Part shown: positions 47,299-57,902 of the stretch, piece after piece
Layout of the letters: each line of letters begins with the position of its first letter
Numbering within the stretch: position 1 is the first letter of the stretch
Assembly: GCA_046563655.1 (NCBI GenBank)
Contig: CM102286.1
Span: 11,346,001-11,410,000, forward strand
Length of the DNA stretch: 64,000 nt
Direction: 5' to 3'
Source of the DNA: Yuukianura sp. NJ FZ-2021
Lineage: Eukaryota
Made by a program: the position numbers and the translations under genes
The notes under the pieces: generated by a model
What the model was told of the DNA's origin: nothing
The model's database searches: none
What the model saw: the letters and a program-made list of their open reading frames with translations, nothing else

Positions 47299-48690
47299 TC
47301 ATTTGCGTGCCGCAGTTTTAGTGATGAGCCAAAATTTGAAACCGGCCGACAACACAAATGATTCCGGTTCCCGTTTTTTGTCAAAGTACACCGAAACGAC
47401 TCCCTTGTACTCCACTCCAACTACTTTGTCGTCTTCTACCGATCGTTCCGACCGATTCAAACTTTTACTTGAAGCGGTATAGCTTGTAGCCACCGGAAAA
47501 TTCCGTACCGGAGCATCGTTCAATGTGTATGTCACATTCCCCGAAGTTTCAATCAAAACCGAACCCGAACTTCTGTCCTCATTTTCAAAAACTTGTTTCG
47601 GCGATTTCCCGCTCTCGCTGTTCATTGGTTCCAGGCTCACGTGACCTTTGACCCCAGTGACCTCTATTGCTCTGTCTCCATTTCGGCGTGTCTTGCCAAA
47701 CGTCCAGTCTCCATCTAACTCAAGCACTGTTTTTCTGCTTTCCTTTTGACCCGGTTAACCCTTGAAGCAAGGTCTTCATAGTCATAATCAAAATTTAGAA
47801 TAATTTTTTCCCGGAGGCCAACGGTGGTGGCAAATTTGAAAAATGCCTCCTTGTCGTCGTCTTTCGCGTGCAGTGTTCCCTTGAAACCCAGATCGAGTTC
47901 AGGCAAATCCAATATCTCATGTTCTTCATTGGAGCCCTAACTGCAAAATTTTGAAAAGTTTGAAATTTGGAATCTAATTATAATTAGAATCTTTTTCATA
48001 AAAGCTTTAGTTTTTAAATTTAAATACCAATTGGAAACCTACAGAATGATTTTGCGTGTTTTCTGGGTGAATTCCAAAGTGAGTCGAACTCCAAGCACTT
48101 CTGTATCTGGTTCGGGATGTCCAAAAGCGAATTGTCCATAGAGTACAACCTGCGTTTTCCGTGTGGCATTTCTTTTGACTCGATTTGAATCAAATTCTTC
48201 CGCAGGATAATTGACCTCTTCCAAAGCAAATGTCGAGTTGCCCCAACTAAATAAGCGTTGTCTCCCAGTAATGTTAAGCCCAATTTATACTTTTCGTTTC
48301 CCTGACGTTGCCCAGGAAAAAGTTTGTCGTAGTTCACGATTTTAATAAAAATTTCATTACGTTTGTATTTAAAATTCCGTTGTTATAGACGCCTACGACA
48401 AACTTTTTCCTGGGCAACGTCAGGGAAACGAAAAGTATAAATTGGGCTTTACTGTAAGTTTTCCGCTGAATGTTAACGGTGGCATTAAAAGTGCGCCTCT
48501 TTTGATTCTTTCTCTGGCGGAACTTAATCCGGCATTTGCAAATGTCAAAATTTCTGAAGTGACGTACTCGTGTTGTTGCGAAAATTTTCCTTCGACTTAA
48601 TTGTTATTGGGACTAACATTTTCAACAAGCATTCGATAAAAAGAATGAACACCCAAATACAAGTCAGAAAAACTGTAATCTTTTCTCAAA
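47299..48690 (-). pseudogene. Disabled copy of the 51926-53135 secreted-protein gene
   Basis: High similarity to the intact copy; MITE inserted in exon 1, TAA near 48598, 1-nt deletion near 47728, no ATG at the equivalent position. Confidence 0.88.
48277..48448. mobile_element. 172-bp MITE (PIF/Harbinger-like)
   Basis: ~55-bp TIRs AGCCCAATTTATAC...GTATAAATTGGGCT; TTA duplication; empty site visible in the paralog at ~52898. Confidence 0.92.
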
Positions 48691-48977
48691 AAGAAATTAA
48701 AAAAAAATTTGAATTTGAATAAAAATGTATTTTGAATTTGGCAACTTTTTTTTCCAAATTGGACTAAGAAGTTTCACTCTTTTACAAAAATTTTCAGATT
48801 CGACGCAGAAATATTTATAGAGAAATGAGAAATTTTAATTGGTTTTAATTTGGCTAAGTAACACAAAACTTCCGTTGAAAACGTTGACTTTATTGGTCGC
48901 AATTCACTGTAAGTTGGCAAATTGTAAACTGGTCGCAATTAGCAGTTTCAAAATCCAAAAATCAATCAATCATTAGT

Positions 48978-50573
48978 TTATTTGACACGGCCAAATCCAT
49001 CAATTAAAGTTCCATTTTTGTTAATATTATTGTCACAAAAGCATTGTGTCGTAAATTCACCAAGTGATTCACAATTGTATGTAATTTCAGGATATTCGGT
49101 GTATAGACAACACGGGATTTTGGATTTGTTACAATCCTTGTTCTTGTCACAGAGATGCGGCTGAAACAGCTCTAAACATTCCTGGCATTTACCATTTCGG
49201 CATTCGGTGCCATGTTCGTCTTCGCCTGTTTTGTAGCAACATTTCTTGTCGGATTTTCCGGAAGGACATGAGTGACCTAAATGGCGGGAATTAAACTCAA
49301 ATTCAGTTTGAACTTTTACCCAGTCCCACACTGCAGAAATAGGAAAAATTCGCCTCATTTTAGTGATTGGAAATGATATTTCAGTGCGCGTTACAAACGA
49401 GTGCGCTTTATACGCTGACAAACAGTGGAATACTCCAAATGCTCTTCCCACCGCCAACCTCCGCTCTCATACCGTTAGAACGGACACGGAAGAAAAGTGT
49501 CGAATTCGTCTCAAGACAAATTCAAATTACAGTTGAACCTCCCATTGCACAACACGCTATGATTGGTTGACGGTTTCGAGCGGACGACAGGAATGTCCAG
49601 TGCCTGAAACATTGGGCACAACCCAAATGTTTTGCTCTCCCAACAATTGTGATCACTTAAGCCTTGCAGTTTGCAAAAAATTTGCAAAAAGTCCAAAAAG
49701 TTTTGCAGTATACCACCATCAAGAAAGGCGGAGCCACATGTTGTGCAATGAGAAGTCCTGCTGTTTATCTACAATACCTGGTAGAATACACTTTTCGCAT
49801 CTGCCGTCCTCGCACTGCTTGAAGTCCTTGACGAGTTTCCCTCTCTTATTGACTTCTCCGCATGCGCAGAAGAAATAGTCTTTAGAAATCGGAGGACAAT
49901 TGAAACCAAGCAGACCTTCACGGTTGCGATTGAATGCACAGATGTCAGCTGCGCAATAGGATACTTCTCTATTTTCTGACAAAATGCACGGTGCTGATGG
50001 TGAGCTGTGATTCGAGAGTGAAGAGCAGCATGGAATTCTTTTGTGTGTTGTATAGCGACAGAGGTGATTATCGGCCGCGCATAGGGCGCACTTTCCCTGA
50101 GCAGAGCAGTAACCATAGGCTGCATTGTACCGTTTAGCGTAGTCCTGGTGGGTGCCGATGTACGCATCACAACATACATCGTTTTTATCGTTTTTTTTGC
50201 AGCTTGCTCCAGCCGGTTTGCACGGGGTACAAATACCCGCAGGGCACCCAGAATCTAACAAGTTGTACGTTTTACATTCAGTAACTCATATTGTACTCAA
50301 TTACATTTTATTATATCAATTATGTTCTTGAATATTTACATCCTGCGCCTATAGGAATAGCGCCTTGAATGTTGCTAATGCGCAGGCGGAGAAAGGCTTA
50401 TCGTTACAGTCCTTGCAGGCACATGTCAACGGTGAAAATCCACTGCCCCCTGGATCGACCCTATCGTAGCAGGAACTAATAGGTGACGTAATCTTGTCTG
50501 CGCAATGTTCGGCTTGGACCGAAACAACTCCGCCAAAAATGAAAGCAAATCGTATGACCGGGTAAACGTTCAT
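48978..50573 (-). CDS. Secreted Cys-rich protein with tandem C-C-CC-C-C modules (3' half possibly frameshifted)
   Basis: Signal peptide MNVYPVIRFAFIFGGVVSVQA; CKPAGASC...VCC...YC...KC, CAADNHLC...PCC, SCPSGKSDKKCCY...C..GKCQEC. Confidence 0.6.
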
Positions 50574-51139
50574 TTCTAATTCTTTTAGTCTTTAGCATTA
50601 AAATGCTAGTCTTTTACTACTCAATATTAAATCAATTCATGCTAGTTTTCTAGCTTTACTTCCAACTCATAACCGGAATAACTTAACCTGGAAAGTGTAA
50701 CAATACAATGTCAGTTTTGTCTTGTCTATCACATATATTTCTCATAAAATATGTGGTATTTTCAAACGGAGCGACTTCTGAGCTTTATAATCAACAGTTT
50801 ATTCACCTGTAGACCGAATTTAATTAACTGTTTCTACACCCGTGAACCCGCTTACATAATAGTTTCATGCCATTGACTTTATTGGTAGCAATTGACTACT
50901 AGAACCACTTTGACGAAGGTTAGAGGAGTTAAGTTTAAACAAATTTCGAATTTAATAATTTAGTAAAAGTAATTTAATAAGGAAACCACAAGGTTAATGC
51001 CATTTTAGTAAGTAAGCACAAGCAGTAAGAACGCATGAAGAGTTACAAAATCCAAACTTGTAGTTTCGATTTTTTGCTTTCCGATTTTAATGGCAGTCTT
51101 CTTATAGCAATGCACTCTAATGCAAGTTACAACACTGTT

Positions 51140-51560
51140 TCGTTTACCTTCAAGTGTTGTTTGCGCTTGCATAAACTCGCAGAGGTTATTGTAATTTTCT
51201 CCTTAAAAAGCAACAAAACTTTTTATTTCCCACAAAATTTCATCGCGTTTAGAAATTTCTTTACCATTGGATCCACAGATAGGTTCGTGATTCTTTGTAC
51301 AACCAGGAAAAACCTACCAACACATTAAATACAAAACTTTTTTAAAAACCTAAACCTTTTTAAATGTGTAATTCTATAAATATTTTAAGTTTTTTTTTCT
51401 TTTGAAGATACGAAATCTTTATAGTATTCCAAAGTTTCACGAATCCAACCTGCCCCTGTTGATTTTAACTTCCAAATGGTTGAGGAGACGACTGACTTTC
51501 ATAATGGTCTGACGGGAAACTGAAATCCATTTTTGAAATCTTGAAATGCACTTTTTCTCG
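51140..51560 (-). pseudogene. Kazal-like inhibitor exon fragments, copy B
   Basis: VFPGCTKNHEPICGSNG|ENYNNLCEF; in-frame TAA in the preceding exon. Confidence 0.65.
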
Positions 51561-51925
51561 TTGATCTTAAAATAATAATATCACTGTAGTAGATTGAGCT
51601 TCTTTGTTTCCCATAAAAAGTAACGACAATTTTTTTTTGACTTTGCGGATTTGTAAGGACCATTTGCAGCATGAAGCAGAAAGATCTTACAAGCTTTATC
51701 ATTTCGTCATTTATAAATTTGTAACGACTTTTAAACTCATTTTCTGCTGATCACTTATGACTTGTTCCTTGAAACAACTCCAGTCACGGCTTATCCTTCA
51801 ATAATCAATTCGTCACAGAAAATATACCGGAAAATGAAATATGAAATATATACAATAACCATACCATAACGCAAAACCTTTAAAAAAAACCCAATTGAAT
51901 TAGATTTTTATTGAATCTGGCGAGA

Positions 51926-53135
51926 CTATTTGCGTGCCGGAGTTTTACTGATGAGCCAAAATTTGAATCCGGCCGACAACCCAAATGAATCCGGTTCCCG
52001 TTTTTTGTCGAAGTAGGCCGAAACGACTCCATTGTACTCCACTCCAACTACTTTGTCGTCTTCTACCGATCGTTCCGACCGATCCGAACTTTTACTTGAA
52101 ACGGTATAGCTTTCAGCCACCGGAAAATTCAGCACCGGATCATCGTTCAATGTGTATGTCACATTCCCCGAAGTTTCAATCAAAACTGAACCCGAACTTC
52201 TGTCCTCATTTTCAAAAACTTGTCTTGGCGATTTCCCGCTCTCGCTGTTCATTGGTTCCAGGGTCACGTGACCTTTGACCCCAGTGACCTCTATTACTCT
52301 GTCTCCATTTCGGCGCGTCTCGTCAAACGTCCAGTCACCATCTAACTCAAGCACTGTTGTTTCTGCTTTCCTTTTGACCCGGTTGACCCTTGACCTTGAA
52401 GCAAGGTTATCATAGTCATAATCAGAATTTGGAATAATTTTTTCCCGGAGGCCAAGGTGGGAGGCAAATTTGAAAAAGACTTCGCCGTCATCGTTTTTGG
52501 CACTCATTGTTCCGTTGAAACGCAGATCGAGTTCAGGCAAATCCAACATCTCGTGGACTTTATTAGAATCCACACTGCAAAATTTTGAAAGTTTGAAATT
52601 TTGGTGGAAAGATTTTTGTAAAAACTTTAGTTTTTAAAAAATTTGGTCACCATTTGGAAACTTACGGAATGACTTTGCTTGTTTTCTGAGATAATTCCAA
52701 AGTGAGTCGGACTCCAAGCACTTCTGTATCTGGTTTGGGATGTCCAAAAGCGAATTGTCCGTACAGTACAATCGGCGTTTTCCGTTTGGCGTCTCTTTTG
52801 ACCCGATTTGAATCAAATTCTTCCGCGGGGTCATTGACCTCTTCCAAAGCAAATGTCGAGTTGACCCCGACTACATAAATGCTGTCTCCGGGTAATGTTA
52901 TGGTAAGTTTTCCGCTGAATGTTAACGGAGGCATTAAAGGGGCACCTCTTTTGAATCTCTTTCTGGCTGAAGCCAATTCGGCTCGGGCAAAAGTCGAAGT
53001 TTCTGAAGTGACGTACTCATCCTGTTGTGAAAATTTTCCTTCGAGTTGAATTGTCACGGGTTCTTTTTCACCAGAAACATTTTTTGACAAAATGGACACC
53101 AAAACACAACTCAGAAAAACTGTAAACTTTGGCAT
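51926..53135 (-). CDS. Secreted beta-rich protein with several furin-type sites (2 exons, family unknown)
   Basis: Signal peptide MPKFTVFLSCVLVSILSKNVSG; RFKR and two RVKR; GT-AG intron at ~52664-52575. Confidence 0.8.
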
Positions 53136-53639
53136 TCTTTTACAATTTTTCCAATTTTTTGAGCTTTTTAATTTTTTTTTTCAAATTGGAGGAACAAATT
53201 TCATGAATTCTCTAAAATTTTTGAATCCGATGCAGAAATATTTATAGAGAAACGAGAAATTGTAATTGGTTTTAATTTGGGTTAAGTAACACAACTTCCG
53301 TTGAAAACATTGACCTTATTGGTTAGCAATTAACTGCATATTTAACTAACCACTGTGACTAAGGTTAGTTGAAACCAATTTTTAGTAAATTTTGAAATTT
53401 AAGAAACCACCAAGCAGTTAAAGCCTGTTTAGTTAGTACGCAGTTTGGACACCACCCGGAATTTTCAAAAATCCATAACTGAATTTTTTTTTGTTGTTGT
53501 TCGACTTTAATGACATTCTCCACGGCTTGCAATGGTCAAACCTGAAAATCGAAAATTTTGAAAACTTAAGAAACGTAGACTACATCTACTGAGGAGGTTT
53601 TTTAACACACGCTTTTTCTAGTGCTAGATACACCAGTAT

Positions 53640-54150
53640 TTTGTTTACCTGTAAATGTCCTTTGCGCTTGTGTAAACTCGCAGAGATTATTGTAAGTTTT
53701 TCCCTAGAAATCGCCAAAAATTTTAGTTAATAAAAATTTTATGTTTTCCGTAAAAATTTAATCGTTTAGAATTTTTTTTTACCATTGGATCCACAAATTG
53801 GCTCATGATTCTTCGTACACCCAGGGAAAGCCTAAGAACATTGTAAAAACAAAACTTCTAAAACTCATTTTATGCAAAATATTTCATATTTATTTTGAAA
53901 ATGTGTTTAAGCTTCAAAATCTTTATTTTCAAAAATTTCATAATTCGAAAACCTGCTCCTGTTGATTTTGATTTCCGAAAGGTTGAGGAGACGAGTGACT
54001 TTCATCATCGTCTGATGGAAAACTGAATTTTTGTTGCGGTTGAGCTGCTTCTGCTACTGCGCCTGGAACCAGTTTGACATGTGCAATGTTTGAATCTGCG
54101 TCGGTCGATGCGTCAACGTACAGTTGTGGTTGTGTCGTTACAACTTGCGA
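53640..54150 (-). pseudogene. Kazal-like inhibitor exon fragments, copy A (5'-truncated by the repeat end)
   Basis: CTKNHEPICGSNG|KTYNNLCEF, with a 1-nt insertion relative to copy B. Confidence 0.65.
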
Positions 54151-54581
54151 CAACTGGTGGAGAATGTAGGGGAAACGGGGAAGAATACGGGGAAAAGAGT
54201 GAGTACCCACCCCCCACATTCCCCGCCTGGGGGAAAACCATCCATTGGCTTGACCTATTTCGTTATGCGCGGTTTACAACCGGTTTATTAGGTTAGGTTA
54301 GGTAACCTAACCTAACCTAACCGACAATAGAGGGGGCGATTTATTGCTTTTTTGAATTTGCCGCCGTGGATTATAATGTGGGGGTACAATACACTGCAAT
54401 TTGGGGGGTACAATGGCCGGACTCAAAGTTTACTTCAACCCTCATCTGTCCAAAGAAGTTTTTTTTCTAAAGTTTTTCGAAGTTCAGTAAAACAACTGCT
54501 TCCTTCTTCATTTCAATTTGGTGTGTTTTGGTTTCATCTCATAGTCTCTGAACATTGAAGCATTGGTTAAATTATTGGGAG

Positions 54582-55570
54582 ATGCATTATACGTGGAACG
54601 ACAACGATTTCATTGATGCGTACAATATTGCCATCCAGCTAGGCAGTAGGACATCTACTGGAAGCGCTGGTTCTCTGAATCCCAACGCCTCTCAAATCGA
54701 GACTCCAGCGAGACTTGATCAACTACATGAATTAGAAGAGATTGGAAGAGAGGATTACCACGATGAAATACGTAAGTGTCTAAAGCAGAATCTAAGTTTA
54801 AACAAACAGCGGTTGGAGAGTAGCAAAGGGGTCCGTTTTTCTTTTAGTGTGAGCTATGTTTATCAAATCAGGACACAGTGCACAGTCCCTGAGTTAGGTT
54901 AGGCTAGGTGTTGAAGGTGCACTGTGTCCTGATTTGATAACCTAACTCACACTAAAAGAAAAACGGACCCCATTGCTACTCTCCAACCCAAACAGCTAAC
55001 CGTCATAGTTAAACTGGAAAAGGTAGATACGATAACGCCCTAAGTATCATGCCATGAGAGGATGTTTACATTTACGGTTTACCGTATTCAATCAGCCCTG
55101 GAACTCACTAACCGCTTTACTCTCCTTTAGGCATTGAAGAATCCGAAGAAGCTAACCATTCAGGTATTGACCATCAACCTGTCAGCAGCAGTTGGGAGAC
55201 GAAGCCTTCAAGAAAAAAGAAGAAAGTGAGATTTCCAGCACAATCTGCCCCAGCCGGAACAAGGAAGGATAGGCTTCCTGAGCACTACGACTCTTCAGAA
55301 CGGGGAGACCATTTTTCTTCTGTCACATTTGAACAGGAGGAAGGAGACGAAATGCCACATTATTCAGGACTTAACGACACTAATTCTCAAGCTTCAAAAT
55401 GGACGTCAGCTTTTCCAAACCTCACTGCTCCTCCAATGCCGGAGTCATTTCCAGGAAACCTCATGTTCAAAAAAGGTGACATGTCATCGTTGTTAATGGC
55501 ATGGTATATGTGCGGATATCATTCAGGATACTATGATGCTTCACAAGATTTAAAAAAGGGCGGTAAATGA
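54582..55570 (+). CDS. SMN-like protein lacking a recognisable Tudor domain (exons 54582-54771, 55131-55570; ~209 aa)
   Basis: WNDNDFIDAYNIA (Gemin2-binding-like) and the YG box SSLLMAWYMCGYHSGYY preceded by PPMP. Confidence 0.8.
54811..54988. mobile_element. 178-bp MITE with GG..CC termini and 8-bp TSD
   Basis: ~70-bp TIRs GGTTGGAGAGTAGCAA...; perfect CAAACAGC duplication; central TTAGG. Confidence 0.92.
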
Positions 55571-55746
55571 GTAAATAAGCGTTACTTTAAATCGTATTTC
55601 TATGTCCAAATATGTTTACGTTCAGCTAACGTTCAAGCGCTTCTATTGGAGGAACTCAATAATATCAACTTGGCCTTATTTGTCTCAAGTTAAATGGTTT
55701 ATATCACTAACTTGGAGGTTTGATCCGGCGGAAAGTTGTCTACAAT

Positions 55747-57902
55747 TTATTGTTGATCAAAGATATTCTTTAAGGCGTTTATAAAATTGACAGAAAATGC
55801 TTCTTCTGAGAATCGATCCAGTGAATCACGTGCTCGTGACTGAATTTTACGTTTTTCATTAGGCGACATTTGGATGATTTGATGTAAGATTTCGGCGTAT
55901 TCCTCTTGCTTCGTGGCAAGAAATCCTGTCCTGGACTCTTCTAGAGTCTCGACGATGTCCATCATCGGTCCGCCAGATTTATGAGCTACCATGATTAGTC
56001 CTGCCGCCATACACTCAACGATCCCTGTGAAACAAATCAAAACGTTAACTATACGTTTACATCCATAACTCGAAAACAATGTGTTCTATTATGAAGAACG
56101 AGTCGAATGTCCAAATTAGTTTAATTAAACTCACCAATTCCGAAATGTTCATTCCACATTGTGTGAATCCCAATCAACCCTTTGCTCATTTCGGATTTTA
56201 GATCCTCAAAGGAAAGATTGAGTTTGAATTCCACGTTATTATCCAGTTGCATTTGAGTTGACATATAACGGAGGTGTGCCACACGACATTTATCTTCAAT
56301 GTTTCTGCAACTCCCAATCAATACAAGTCGAACTTTATCCCACACTTCTGGCTCTACAAGTTTCCGCAGTTCAGTCAATGCCTTCAACTGCAAAAGATGA
56401 TCCTTTTCTGGACGAAATTGAGCGACGGACACAACTTTGATAAGGGAGTCGTCCCTGTTGGAGTCTAGTGGAATCTTCATGAATTGTTCAACATCACATG
56501 GAGGAAACACTTTGTATGTTTTAGAAGGACGATGCCATAAGGCATTGATGTGGCTCTGTGTCCAACTCGAGTTCACCATAACCGCATCGCTGTATTGCCC
56601 GGCCATGGAATACACCCAAGCAAACAGACGATAGTACACGATCTTTAGTGTGGTGAGTAATCTGCTTCGAGCGACCATGAAGTTGTTGTTGTGAGATTCA
56701 ATTCCGCCGGACACGCGTTCAAGCATGTCTGTACTAATGGTTGGGTAGTGTACATATGCAGCGACCTTACATTGTCCAATACGATTGAAGATCGGAAAAG
56801 TGAAGGCATATCCCATAGTGTCGATATAAATATCTAAACAAAAAAGGTAATTATTTGTATTTCGTAAGAACACAGTGCTTTTTTCGCATAAAAAATTAAC
56901 AGATAAAGTTCTAGTAACGTGATGCATGCGATATTTGTGTACTTACCAGGAACAAAATTCGACAGTGCCTCCAACCCTAAGATAAGGGATCCCAAGCTTT
57001 GACAAAGAAGGGTTAGATGTGGATAGTGATGTGCCTCAACCCAACTGCGCTGTTTTAGAAATATGAACTCCACACTGTTCGCCGGAATGTGAATGTTGAA
57101 CCGCGAAGCGACATTGCCTAAGATGGTATCAGATGTAGCGTCGATATCTCCAGTGTAAACCACGTACCGATACCCTGGAAATCTAAATATCCGAATGGTC
57201 AAATTGTAGCTTTGAGCGGCGGTCGAGCCGGTTGTTGGGTTGAAGTAAACTTTGAGGTCCTCCGTTGTACCCCCCAAATTGCATTGTATTGTACCCCCAC
57301 ATTATAATCCGTGGCGGCAAATTCAAAAAAGCAACAAATCGCCCCCTCTATTGTTGGTTAGGTTAGGTTAGGTTAACATAACCTAAGGACGGGGGGTACA
57401 GTTCATAAATCTATGCGCAACTGAACAAATCAACAGTAGAGGGGGCGATTTGTTGTTTTTTTGAATTTGCCGCCACGGATTAAAATGTGGGGGTACAATA
57501 CAATGAAATTTGGGGGGTACAACGGAGGACCTCAAAGTTTACTTCGACCGGTTGATGAAATTATTCATTTGACAGTGAAACCAAAAATGATTTACCTACT
57601 CTGTAAAGTCCTTATTCCACACCAGAGTACACGTTCTCCACCTCCACCAGCGTTGCAATATGGATGAAAGAATGCAACTGAAGTTCGAGGATCTTTTTCC
57701 TTCTGACGACTCTTCCTTCGCTTTGAATTCTGCCAAAAATTTAGCGTTAGATAGCAAAATCACCCATGAAACAATACGAGTAGTTGTGATTCCTACGTAC
57801 AAAGTATTTTTTAACCAGTAGCGTGCCAAGTATAGTCCCAACAATTATTGGTATCCATAATATTAGATAAACCCACAAATTGCTCCCTTCAGAGGACTTC
57901 AT
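55747..57902 (-). CDS. ALG11: Alpha-1,2-mannosyltransferase ALG11
   Basis: [58 protein letters not shown]. Confidence 0.95.
57238..57549. mobile_element. 312-bp MITE (GGTTGAAG family) in an ALG11 intron
   Basis: ~115-bp TIRs; flanks GGTTGTTG / GGTTGATG; internal TTAGG tract. Confidence 0.9.

Larger units (their letters stand above)
45743..54440. mobile_element. TIR element of the GGTTGAAG family expanded to 8.7 kb by an internal insertion
   Basis: ~115-bp TIRs matching the 57238-57549 MITE; flanks CTCATCTA (45735-45742) and CTCATCTG (54441-54448). Confidence 0.8.

Noticed and set aside
54285..54322. Telomere or chromosome-fusion site (TTAGG/CCTAA head-to-head)
   Set aside because: Only a few units are present and they are part of the MITE's internal sequence, also seen at ~57357-57386.
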